Shown here piece by piece: positions 31,516 to 40,460 of a stretch of 64,000 nucleotides of DNA. Origin of the DNA: Bacilli bacterium. GTDB lineage: Bacteria > Bacillota > Bacilli > Bacillales > Amphibacillaceae. The notes under the pieces are model-generated. The model was not told the DNA's origin. It did no database searches and worked only from the letters and a program-made list of their open reading frames with translations. Position 1 is the first letter of the stretch; each line of letters starts with the position of its first letter. Position numbers and translations under genes: made by a program. The stretch is taken from positions 3,687-67,686 of the forward strand of contig DUPD01000037.1 in the NCBI GenBank assembly GCA_012838505.1. Reading direction: 5' to 3'.

Positions 31516-34086
31516 TTAAATAATGCAACTCTCGCACTGGTTAACACCAATTTCTTTACGATCATCACCAGTATGTGTCCGAATATAATAGATTGATTTA
31601 ATTCCTTTTGTCCATGCATAGTTACGCAATCTATTTAAATCACGTGTTGTCATATTTTTCGATTTACCATTTTTCCACTCATATAAACCCTCTGGAATAA
31701 CTGAACGCATAAATAACGTTAAGCTCATCCCTTGATCGATATGCTGTTGAGCAGTCGCATACGTATTGATCACATCACGCATATCGGTATCGTAAGCCGA
31801 CTTATAATAATCAATTGTCGTATTATCAAGACGTGGAGCAGGGTAGTAGATTGACCCAATATTTTCTTCCTGTCTATTTTCGATTAAATTAACAATTGGA
31901 TGAAGCGAGCTCGATGCTTCATTGATATATGAAATGCTTCCTGTTGGTGCAATTGCCAATAAATAAGCATTATATAGACCTGATTTGATAATCTGTTGAT
32001 TCAATTCTTTCCAATCCTCAATTGTTGGAATTGGTATGTTCTTGAATATTTCTCGAACTTTTTCTGATTGAATCGTAAATTCAGGTTGATTAATATATTT
32101 GTCCGTTAAATAAGACCCATCAGCATAAGCTGATTTTTCAAACTGATAAAAACTTTGTTGTTTCTCCTGAGCGATTTTATTGCTTGCTTTTAAAGCGTAG
32201 AATCTAACTGTTCTAAAATAGGCATCAGTAAATTCTAAAGCTTCCGCTGAACCATAATGAATTTGGTTTGTTGCAAGAGCAGTGTGTAATCCCATTGCAC
32301 CAAGACCAATTGAATGGTAAGCATTGTTTCCTTTTTCAACAGTTGGTACAGCTTTAATACTTGTCAGATCAGAAACAGATGTTAAAGCACGTACAGCGGT
32401 CTCAATTGACTGTTCAAAATCTTCTGATTGAATCATTTCAGTGATATTTGTTGATGCTAAATTACAACTAATATCATGGCCAACTTTTTGATATGAAATA
32501 TCTTCATTTAATTCAGAAGGGGATTGAACTTGCAGGATTTCACTACATAAATTACTCATAACAATTTGACCGTGGATCGGGTTATCTTTGTTGACTGTGT
32601 CTATATTTATGATGTATGGATAGCCAGACTCTTGTTGTAGTTTGGATATTTCTTGTTCCAATTCACGGGCATTAATTTTATACTTTTTAATCTGATCATT
32701 TTGAACAAGTTCATCATATTTTTCTGTAATATTAATGTAAGCAAAAGGCTCACCATAAATTCTTTCAACATCATATGGACTGAATAAATACATCGGAGCA
32801 TTAGTTTTTAACAATTCATAGTATTTATCAGGGACAACTAATCCTAAAGATAGTGTCTTGACTCGGACCTTTTCATCGGCATTTTCTTTTTTTGTTGATA
32901 AAAATTCATAAATATCGGGATGGAAAACATTCAAATAAACAGCGCCAGCGCCATTGCGCTGTCCTAGCTGATTCGCATAGCTAAAACTATCTTCAAAAAT
33001 TTTCATGACAGGAACAACACCTGAACTAGCATTAACAATTTTTTTGATTGGGGCACCAGCTTCTCTTAAGTTGCTTAAATTAATTCCGACACCGCCACCA
33101 CGTTTTGATAACTGGAGTGCAGAGTTAATCGTACGTCCGATTGATTCCATATTGTCCTGAATATCGAGCAAGAAACAACTAACGAGTTCACCTCTAGCTG
33201 TTTTTCCGGCATTTAAAAATGTTGGAGTCGCTAATTGGAGGCGTTGTTCAATATGTTCTTTCGCAATATTCCAAGCTAACTTTTCATCACCAGCTCCTAA
33301 ATATAACGAAGCAAAGCCAATTCGGTCCTCATAGCGTTCTAAATATTTGCTCCCATCATTTGTTTTCAATGCATATTGGTTATAGAACTTATATGCTCCC
33401 ATAAAACTATCAAAGCGAAACTTATGATCATATAAAAACTGAAATAATTCCTTAATAAACGAAAAATCATACTGATTAATAAATTCCTTTTCAATAAAGT
33501 CATGTTCGATTAAATAATCGATTTTTTCTTCAAGTGTATGAAAGAAGACGGTATTCGGATTAACTTTTTCTAAAAAATAAGCTCTTACAGCTTCTCGATC
33601 TTTATTTAATTGAATTTGATTATTTTCTGTCGGGATATTTACCATATTATTTAGTTTGAAATAGGTGATATCTTGAGGCTTTTCAATTGCTTGCTTTGTG
33701 AATTTAGTCAATTTATTTAGCTCCTCTTCTAATTTTTCTACATCAAAAGGGGTTCCTTGAAACTCGAGCTGATGTAGGAGTGGAAGCTTGTATTCTTTAG
33801 ACAGTAACTTTGCAGTAATACAAAATAAATTTGCAAAGTTTCGATTACCAACGCCAAATATCCCCTTGCAATAATTGATATTATTGGCTGTTTCTAAAAA
33901 ATCTGCTCCCGTATCAATGACGGTTGGATGCACATTCGGTTCGTATGAAGGCATCACTAATATAAAAGGTTCAGTCATTTCAATCTCGAAATTCGATGGT
34001 GTGATTTCAATTGCTTCAAACTTCGTTATTTTCTTGACATACTTTTTTGTTTGTCCTGTTTGTGAGTAATAAACAATTTTAGCCAT
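31516..34086 (-). CDS. nrdE: In-frame fusion of flavodoxin NrdI (codons 1-125) and class Ib RNR alpha subunit NrdE
   Basis: YYSQTGQT and GVGNRNF (NrdI); ATPTFLNAG, LVSCFL, SNLCSEI, SCNLAS, APTGSIS, KSIYYIRT, CESC (NrdE); internal GAGGAG-N9-TTG at 33711. Confidence 0.93.
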   Translation of the reverse strand: MAKIVYYSQTGQTKKYVKKITKFEAIEITPSNFEIEMTEPFILVMPSYEPNVHPTVIDTGADFLETANNINYCKGIFGVGNRNFANLFCITAKLLSKEYKLPLLHQLEFQGTPFDVEKLEEELNKLTKFTKQAIEKPQDITYFKLNNMVNIPTENNQIQLNKDREAVRAYFLEKVNPNTVFFHTLEEKIDYLIEHDFIEKEFINQYDFSFIKELFQFLYDHKFRFDSFMGAYKFYNQYALKTNDGSKYLERYEDRIGFASLYLGAGDEKLAWNIAKEHIEQRLQLATPTFLNAGKTARGELVSCFLLDIQDNMESIGRTINSALQLSKRGGGVGINLSNLREAGAPIKKIVNASSGVVPVMKIFEDSFSYANQLGQRNGAGAVYLNVFHPDIYEFLSTKKENADEKVRVKTLSLGLVVPDKYYELLKTNAPMYLFSPYDVERIYGEPFAYINITEKYDELVQNDQIKKYKINARELEQEISKLQQESGYPYIINIDTVNKDNPIHGQIVMSNLCSEILQVQSPSELNEDISYQKVGHDISCNLASTNITEMIQSEDFEQSIETAVRALTSVSDLTSIKAVPTVEKGNNAYHSIGLGAMGLHTALATNQIHYGSAEALEFTDAYFRTVRFYALKASNKIAQEKQQSFYQFEKSAYADGSYLTDKYINQPEFTIQSEKVREIFKNIPIPTIEDWKELNQQIIKSGLYNAYLLAIAPTGSISYINEASSSLHPIVNLIENRQEENIGSIYYPAPRLDNTTIDYYKSAYDTDMRDVINTYATAQQHIDQGMSLTLFMRSVIPEGLYEWKNGKSKNMTTRDLNRLRNYAWTKGIKSIYYIRTHTGDDRKEIGVNQCESCII

Positions 34087-34088
34087 TC

Positions 34089-34310
34089 TTATACTAATGC
34101 TTGCAATCTTTCTGGATGATAGCCAGAAAAGCTTTCTTCACCAACTTTAACGACTGGTAATGAACTATATCCTAGTGAAATGACTTCATCCAAATAGGAC
34201 TGATTTTGGTCGATTCTTTTTTCTTCAAATGGAATATTCTCAGATTGTAAATATTTTTTAGTAAAAACACATTCAGGACAGCCACTTTTCGAGTAAATTG
34301 TAATCGTCAT
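34089..34310 (-). CDS. nrdH: Glutaredoxin-like NrdH
   Basis: IYSKSGCPEC, GYSSLPVV, SGYHPE; ATG after GGAGG. Confidence 0.92.
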   Translation of the reverse strand: MTITIYSKSGCPECVFTKKYLQSENIPFEEKRIDQNQSYLDEVISLGYSSLPVVKVGEESFSGYHPERLQALV

Positions 34311-34420
34311 TTTGATTCCTCCATTTTTCATTCGAATATTAATGTAACTAAGGTTTAGTCGTTTTATTTTTGGGGGTAGTATATGTATTCTTGCTCTTTC
34401 GTTTTCCCTCCTTTTAAGAA

Positions 34421-34456
34421 AATAAAAAAGCCGTTTGGATAAGAATAAACGACTTG
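34421..34456 (-). terminator. Expression-platform terminator of the cobalamin riboswitch
   Basis: Minus strand AAGTCGTTT-loop-AAACGGCTT-TTTTATT between aptamer and nrdH. Confidence 0.8.
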
Positions 34457-34526
34457 AAAACGACAGAAAAATAAGCTTACACAGTTCTATCGTTTCTTCT
34501 TTTTCATCCCCGAAAAATAGAAACTA

Positions 34527-34695
34527 CAAGTAGTGGCAGGTCTCCTGGCTCGTGTTTCATCCTACTCTAGCCCTTCCCATATCAAAATATGGATACAGTG
34601 GTTTGCTAGTTCGTCGACACATACAGTTGCGGGGGCAGCTTCAGTATTTAACTGAATTCCCTTTTAAGACATCAAAATGTCACCAATACTCGAAG
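34527..34695 (-). ncRNA. Cobalamin (AdoCbl) riboswitch
   Basis: Minus strand GGTG...TAAAAGGGAA-TTCAGTTAAATACTGAA-GCTGCCCCCGCAACTGT...CCACTG...GGGAAG...GAGCCAGGAGACCTGCCA (B12 box). Confidence 0.96.
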
Positions 34696-34778
34696 TACTA
34701 TATTTTGTGTTATTCAGTTGTTAAATCAAAATCATATACTACATGTTGAAATTATAGCATAAAAGTTTATGATTGCAA
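34695..34778 (-). promoter_or_regulatory. Tandem NrdR boxes and nrd promoter
   Basis: GTACTATATTTTGTGT (34695-34710) and ATACTACATGTTGAAA (34736-34751) vs acaCwAtATaTwGtgt; minus-strand TTGCAA-N16-TATAAT with TG. Confidence 0.8.
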
Positions 34779-35096
34779 GTACGCAGATTTACGATTACCA
34801 TCTAACTAATCTACTCTTTCTTATTATAATGAACTTTATTTCTTAGTAATATCAGCCATACTAAATGGAGACAAATAATGGATGAAGCTGTTGCAGAAAA
34901 AGGATAGGTTGAAGATTCAAGAGCTAAGGCTTTTCACGACATTAATAAACATAATTTCATCGATTCAGTTAATCATACTTATGTTCTGTTATAAAGCTGG
35001 TTTCTTGATTATAAAGAAGGAAATGCTAAAATTATAAGAATGGGTTGCCACTGCTATTGAGGTGGTTTGATTTTTTGGAAAAAAGGGGGACATCTT

Positions 35097-36842
35097 GTGT
35101 TATATGTTTGGAGTTACGTTAAGAGACATAAGAAGTTATTATTTTTAAATTTAATTGGTGCGATTTGTTTTATGATTGTAAACCTGGGTTTACCGACGAT
35201 TTTGGCATTAATTATTAATGATGTACTCGTTAGCCAAGACACAGGTCGGTTGTATTTATTTGTAGGAATCATGGCAGTCATTATTATCTTTGGGTTATTA
35301 GGAAATATTCTTTTAACATATGCATCTAGCCGTTTAACAAATCAAACAACTAGGGATATTCGAAATGATTTGTATGACAAAATCAATGAATTTTCCCATG
35401 AAGAATATGAAAAAATAGGGGTTTCATCCTTAGTGACACGAATTACAAATGATGCATTTGTAATTTTGCAATTTGTTGAAATGGTGTTAAGAATCGGTTT
35501 TAACACACCGCTAATGTTTATCGGAAGTATTATCTTAATCATTCAAACAAGCCCATCACTATCATGGATTTTAGCTGCGGCTTTACCCGTTATTTTACTC
35601 GTAATTTATTGGATTGCTAAAAAATCTGGGCCTTTATCTGATCGAATGCAAAAAACTTTGGACAAACTAAATACTTACTCAAGAGAAAATTTAACTGGAT
35701 TACGCGTAATTCGAGCTTTTTCACGTGAAAAGTACCAAGAGGACAAGTTTTTTGGTGCCAATAAAGATTATGCAAATACTGCACAATCTCTTCATAAATT
35801 AATGGGTTCAGCGATGCCCATCTTTCATCACATTATGGCTGTTGTGATCACGTTTATATTTGTCTTTTCACTTGATCCAATTGGAGCAAGTGAGATGCAA
35901 GTGGGGACACTCGTTGCATTTGTAGAATATGCATTCCACGCACTATTTTCCGTGTTAATGTTCTCTCAAATTTTTATGATGTTTCCGCGGGCAAATGTTT
36001 CTGCTAATCGTCTAAAAGAAATTAATGATATGCCGATCTCAATTCAGAGTAAAGCTAATGCAATTACTGAAACAGAAACAAAAGGCTACATTGAATTTAA
36101 TGAAGTGTCGTTTGCCTATCCTGGTGAAACGGAAAATCCAGTACTTCATGATATTAGTTTTAAAGCAAAACCTGGTGAAATTATCGCTTTTATTGGAAGT
36201 ACTGGTAGTGGGAAATCAACTTTAGTTCAGTTAATCCCACGCTTTTTTGATGTGACATTCGGTCGAATTGTCATAGATGGTGTCGATGTTCGAGATTATG
36301 ATTTAGATACTTTAAGAAGTAAAATTGGTTTTATTCCGCAACGTGCTTTACTTTTCACTGGGACAATTGGTGAAAACCTACGTTTTGGAAAAGATGATGC
36401 GACAGATACAGAATTAGTAAAAGCGTCAGATGTTGCGCAAGCGCGAGAGTTTATTGAGAGAATGGAAAAAGAATACCATTCATATCTTAGCGAAGGTGGC
36501 AGTAATTTATCTGGAGGACAAAAGCAACGCCTGTCGATTGCCAGAGCAATTGTAAAACAGCCAGATATTTACGTATTTGATGATAGTTTTTCAGCCTTAG
36601 ACTATCGAACAGATGCAGAAGTTCGCCGACGTTTGAAAGAAGTAACAGGTGAATCAACGGTTATTATCGTCGCACAACGAATTTCCAGTATTAGAAATGC
36701 CGATCAAATTATTGTTCTAGAAGAAGGTAAAATTAAAGGACGCGGCACTCATGATGAGTTAATGAAAAACAACTCAATTTATCAAGCGATTGCGAAATCT
36801 CAATTAAAAGAAGAACAGGAGGAAGATTTCGATGAACTATGA
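35097..36842 (+). CDS. Heterodimeric ABC exporter, subunit with degenerate Walker B/switch (EfrA/PatA-like)
   Basis: TMD+NBD; GSTGSGKST, LSGGQKQR, YVFDD (E to D), AQR (H to Q); GTG after GGGGGA. Confidence 0.92.
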   Translation: MLYVWSYVKRHKKLLFLNLIGAICFMIVNLGLPTILALIINDVLVSQDTGRLYLFVGIMAVIIIFGLLGNILLTYASSRLTNQTTRDIRNDLYDKINEFSHEEYEKIGVSSLVTRITNDAFVILQFVEMVLRIGFNTPLMFIGSIILIIQTSPSLSWILAAALPVILLVIYWIAKKSGPLSDRMQKTLDKLNTYSRENLTGLRVIRAFSREKYQEDKFFGANKDYANTAQSLHKLMGSAMPIFHHIMAVVITFIFVFSLDPIGASEMQVGTLVAFVEYAFHALFSVLMFSQIFMMFPRANVSANRLKEINDMPISIQSKANAITETETKGYIEFNEVSFAYPGETENPVLHDISFKAKPGEIIAFIGSTGSGKSTLVQLIPRFFDVTFGRIVIDGVDVRDYDLDTLRSKIGFIPQRALLFTGTIGENLRFGKDDATDTELVKASDVAQAREFIERMEKEYHSYLSEGGSNLSGGQKQRLSIARAIVKQPDIYVFDDSFSALDYRTDAEVRRRLKEVTGESTVIIVAQRISSIRNADQIIVLEEGKIKGRGTHDELMKNNSIYQAIAKSQLKEEQEEDFDEL

Positions 36843-38625
36843 TGAATCAGTCAAAACCAATCAATCAATGTTAAAAAGTTTCAAGCGAATTTGGCCATAT
36901 CTTAAAAACTATAAAGGGCGTGTATTTTCATCCCTTTTTCTCGTTTTTACTCAGGTCATCACCAACGTGCTTGAGCCATTTATTTTCGGTTTGATTATTA
37001 CAGAAATCTCTTCGAATGTGATTGATATGATCAGAGGCGTACCAGCAGCTGGTTTAAACTACTCTTATATTTATACAGTGATTATTATTTATTTTGTTCG
37101 TGGTTTGATCAATCAGGCTTCCGGATTTGGATCGAATTACTTTATGACCGAAGCCGTTCAAAACATGACATTTGATTTAAGATCAGACATTACCCGTAAA
37201 TTGAACCGGTTACCAGTTTCTTATTTTGATCAGCATCAATTTGGAAATATTCTAAACCGAATTACAAATGATGTTGATACGATTGCGAATGCATTTCAGA
37301 TTTCTTTATTGCAAGTTTTTAATGCTGTTTTACAGTTGATTTTTGTCATTCTGATGATGATTTGGATTCAATGGCAGTTTGCTCTAATCATGGTAATTGT
37401 CATACCATTATCAGGCTATATAGCCAAATATATTATAAATAAATCTCAAAAGCATTTTAAAGAACAAGCGGATGTATTAGGACGAATGAATGGATTTGTT
37501 CAAGAGAACCTATCTGGTTTTAATGAAATTAAATTATACGGTAGAGAGCATCATGCAAATGAAGAATTTCGCACAATAACAACAAAACTGAGTGAGGTTG
37601 GCTTTAAAGCAAGTTTTATATCTGGATTAATCCGACCATTAATTACATTTGTTGCCCATAGCGCGTATGTAGTGATTGCATTATTTGGTGGGCTATTAAC
37701 GTTAACAGGTCGAATGACGATTGGAAACTTGCAGGCTTTTACCCAATATGTTTGGCAGGTGAACCAACCAATGCAGATGCTTTCGCAACTATCTGGTTTA
37801 ATCCAAAGTTCAGTAGCAGCGATCAATCGTGTTTTTGAGTTAATGGACGAGGAAGAGGAGACACGTGAATCCTCAAATACATTAGATCGAACAGGTGTTG
37901 GAGAGGTTTCATTCGAAAATGTTTCATTCAGTTATAACCAGGCGAATCCATTAATACAAAATTTTGATGTGAAAGTGGCACCAGGTGAAACGATCGCGAT
38001 TGTTGGACCAACAGGAGCCGGAAAAACAACGATGATTAATTTATTAATGCGATTTTATGATGTCAATCAAGGGAAAATTTTAATTGACGGTCAAGATATT
38101 AGAACTTTACCTCGTCAACAGTATCGATCGCTATTTGGTATGGTATTACAAGATACTTGGTTATTTGAAGGAACGATCAAGGAAAATCTACGCTTTGGTA
38201 ATTTACAAGCTACAGACAAAGAAATCATCGAGGCTGCCAAGGTAACAAACGTTGATCACTTTATTAGAACATTACCTGGTGGCTACGATATGCAAATAAA
38301 TCAGGAGTCAACTAATGTGTCCCAAGGCCAAAAGCAGTTACTCACAATTGCTCGTGCGCTATTATCTGATCCAAAGATTTTAATCTTGGATGAAGCGACA
38401 AGTTCTGTTGATACTCGATTAGAAATTTTAATCCAAAGGGCGATGGATCGGTTAATGGAAGGGCGTACAAGCTTTGTCATCGCTCACCGTTTGTCAACAA
38501 TCCAAGATGCTGATCGAATTTTAGTCATGGATCAAGGACAAATCATCGAACAAGGAAACCATAAGGAGTTATTAAAGCAAGGTGGCTTTTACTTTAAACT
38601 TTATCAAAGCCAATTTGCAGAGTAA
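36832..38625 (+). CDS. Heterodimeric ABC exporter, consensus-site subunit (EfrB/PatB-like)
   Basis: GPTGAGKTT, VSQGQKQ, ILDEATS, AHRL. Confidence 0.92.
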   Translation: MNYDESVKTNQSMLKSFKRIWPYLKNYKGRVFSSLFLVFTQVITNVLEPFIFGLIITEISSNVIDMIRGVPAAGLNYSYIYTVIIIYFVRGLINQASGFGSNYFMTEAVQNMTFDLRSDITRKLNRLPVSYFDQHQFGNILNRITNDVDTIANAFQISLLQVFNAVLQLIFVILMMIWIQWQFALIMVIVIPLSGYIAKYIINKSQKHFKEQADVLGRMNGFVQENLSGFNEIKLYGREHHANEEFRTITTKLSEVGFKASFISGLIRPLITFVAHSAYVVIALFGGLLTLTGRMTIGNLQAFTQYVWQVNQPMQMLSQLSGLIQSSVAAINRVFELMDEEEETRESSNTLDRTGVGEVSFENVSFSYNQANPLIQNFDVKVAPGETIAIVGPTGAGKTTMINLLMRFYDVNQGKILIDGQDIRTLPRQQYRSLFGMVLQDTWLFEGTIKENLRFGNLQATDKEIIEAAKVTNVDHFIRTLPGGYDMQINQESTNVSQGQKQLLTIARALLSDPKILILDEATSSVDTRLEILIQRAMDRLMEGRTSFVIAHRLSTIQDADRILVMDQGQIIEQGNHKELLKQGGFYFKLYQSQFAE

Positions 38626-38672
38626 GCGAACATTTTCGGAATTGATGCTCTAATAAATTCGATTCAAAGATC

Positions 38673-38716
38673 ACAGGTAAGCTTCATGTCTAATTTCCAC
38701 TAGCTTATCTGTTTTT
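38673..38716 (+). terminator. Intrinsic terminator
   Basis: ACAGGTAAGCT / AGCTTATCTGT-TTTT. Confidence 0.7.
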
Positions 38717-38806
38717 CCTTGTTTAATTGTTTTACATCTTCCTTATTTTAATAGTAATATGATATATGTGAGCGTGTTTAATTCAATAATTATTGGAGGC
38801 TAATCA

Positions 38807-39661
38807 ATGAGTATCGCAATTGTAACAGATACAGGTTGTAATATTTCACCTGAAATGGCTGAGGAACTTGGTATTCACTTATTGCCAATTGAAATCATAT
38901 TTGAAAATCAAACTTTTAAAGATGGATTTGAATTAACGAACCAAGAATTTTATCAAAAAATGGCTGTTTCTAATAAGATTCCAACGACTTCACAGCCTAA
39001 ACCTAGTGATGCTTATCAACTTTATGACAAATTGAGCAAAACATATGATGAGATTTTAAGTATCAATTTAGGATCAACAGTCTCTGGCACAATTCAGACT
39101 TTAAAGCTAGTTGCAGAAGAAATTAAACAGGCAAAGGTGACTGTTTATGATACTAAACTGGTTTCTATTCCAGCAGGTTACTTAGCTATTGAAGCTAAAC
39201 GTCTCGCCGATCAAGGAAAAACTGTAGCTGAAATCGTTGAATCTCTAGATGATTTACGCGGTAAGTCAGTTGCCTTTGCTTCTATACATGAGTTGGATAA
39301 TTTAGTTGAAAGCGGTCGTGTTCCAGCAGTTTTAGGGACTGTTGCAAAACTTGCAAAAATTAAACCGATTATTAAAATCGAAGCGAAAAATTCAAAAGGT
39401 TTAGAAATAATCGAGAAAATTCGGACGAACAAGCGAGCAATTAATAAATTGATTGATCTAGCAAGCGCACATATTGAATCAATTAACTATCCATTTCATC
39501 TCGATGTTGCCCACGGTAATATACCTCAAGTTGCGGAAGAGGTGCGTCAATTTTTATCGGAACGATATCCAGACCAGCAAATTAAAATACACCGGTTAAC
39601 AAGTGTGATCGGAGTCCATTCTGGTCCAAATATTGTTGGTATATTTATTGGAGCAAAATAG
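38807..39661 (+). CDS. DegV/FakB fatty-acid-binding protein
   Basis: IAIVTDT, PTTSQP, VSGT, SGRV, KIKPII, VIGVHSGP. Confidence 0.95.
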   Translation: MSIAIVTDTGCNISPEMAEELGIHLLPIEIIFENQTFKDGFELTNQEFYQKMAVSNKIPTTSQPKPSDAYQLYDKLSKTYDEILSINLGSTVSGTIQTLKLVAEEIKQAKVTVYDTKLVSIPAGYLAIEAKRLADQGKTVAEIVESLDDLRGKSVAFASIHELDNLVESGRVPAVLGTVAKLAKIKPIIKIEAKNSKGLEIIEKIRTNKRAINKLIDLASAHIESINYPFHLDVAHGNIPQVAEEVRQFLSERYPDQQIKIHRLTSVIGVHSGPNIVGIFIGAK

Positions 39662-39804
39662 TTTAGCGATCTGTAAAATCAATTTTTTAAATAACAGTAG
39701 AAATTTTCTTGAAAATAGTTCGAATTGATAGTAAACATTTAAAACAACTTCGTAACTTTATCTTGATATACTTCGACTGATGATATGATCTGGAGGTTAT
39801 TAAG

Positions 39805-40363
39805 ATGAAAAAAGTTCTTGATTGTTTCACAATTAATTTTTTTCACAAGTTTTCTTTTGGGGTGTCAAATAGATGAAGATACAATATCAGACTCAGTTAA
39901 AAGTGAGCTTGCACAACAATATGGAGGCTTTATTAACCCTGATTTAGCAGAGCTTGAAACTAATCATCAATCAGAAGAGAGCTGTAAATTACAATTTGAT
40001 AGTGAAATTGTCAATATTAGTGTTTTAGATTTAAAACAAAATGATAAAATAATTTTTGAAGATGATAAATCGATTGAAATTCTTAGCAGTGCATTTATAA
40101 GTGCTGTTAAAGTAAATGGAATAGTGAATATAGCAGCTCCAGAGATTAGAATAAATGTTGTTTTGGAGAATAAAAATGAGCAAAATTTTTATTTGTGGAT
40201 TGGTCAACAGGGTGAAAAGAGCACGATAATGAAAACAGATGATACTCTTAGAGTCTATACGATTCCAGAGGCAATGACAGACAAGCTAAATGATTTAATT
40301 AGCTACTATCGAATAATCAATTCTAGCAACGATATAAAGTTGTTAGATGATAAATATGATTAA
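39805..40363 (+). pseudogene. Lipoprotein (YhfM-like) frameshifted right after the start codon
   Basis: GGAGG-N8-ATG AAAAAAG TTC; removing one A gives MKKFLIVSQLIFFTSFLLGC (lipobox) in frame with ORF 39818-40363. Confidence 0.7.
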
Positions 40364-40413
40364 GACATTTGCACTGGTTCATCAACATCTTTAATGATTA
40401 TAAACGAGGGTTA

Positions 40414-40437
40414 TGTTACAATAAGAACATAAGTTCG
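40414..40437 (+). promoter_or_regulatory. Extended -10 promoter plus LexA (SOS) box
   Basis: TGTTACAAT (40414-40422) followed by AGAACATAAGTTCG (40424-40437), matching Firmicutes GAAC-N4-GTTC. Confidence 0.8.
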
Positions 40438-40460
40438 TAAATTAATTTGGAGGTGCTGAT

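Noticed and set aside
34552-34749. 65-aa plus-strand ORF
   Set aside because: It is antisense to the cobalamin riboswitch and NrdR boxes, which explain the sequence.
34850-34995. Possible gene remnant (KWRQIMDEAVAEKG*VEDSR...)
   Set aside because: Too short and unrecognisable to support a pseudogene call.
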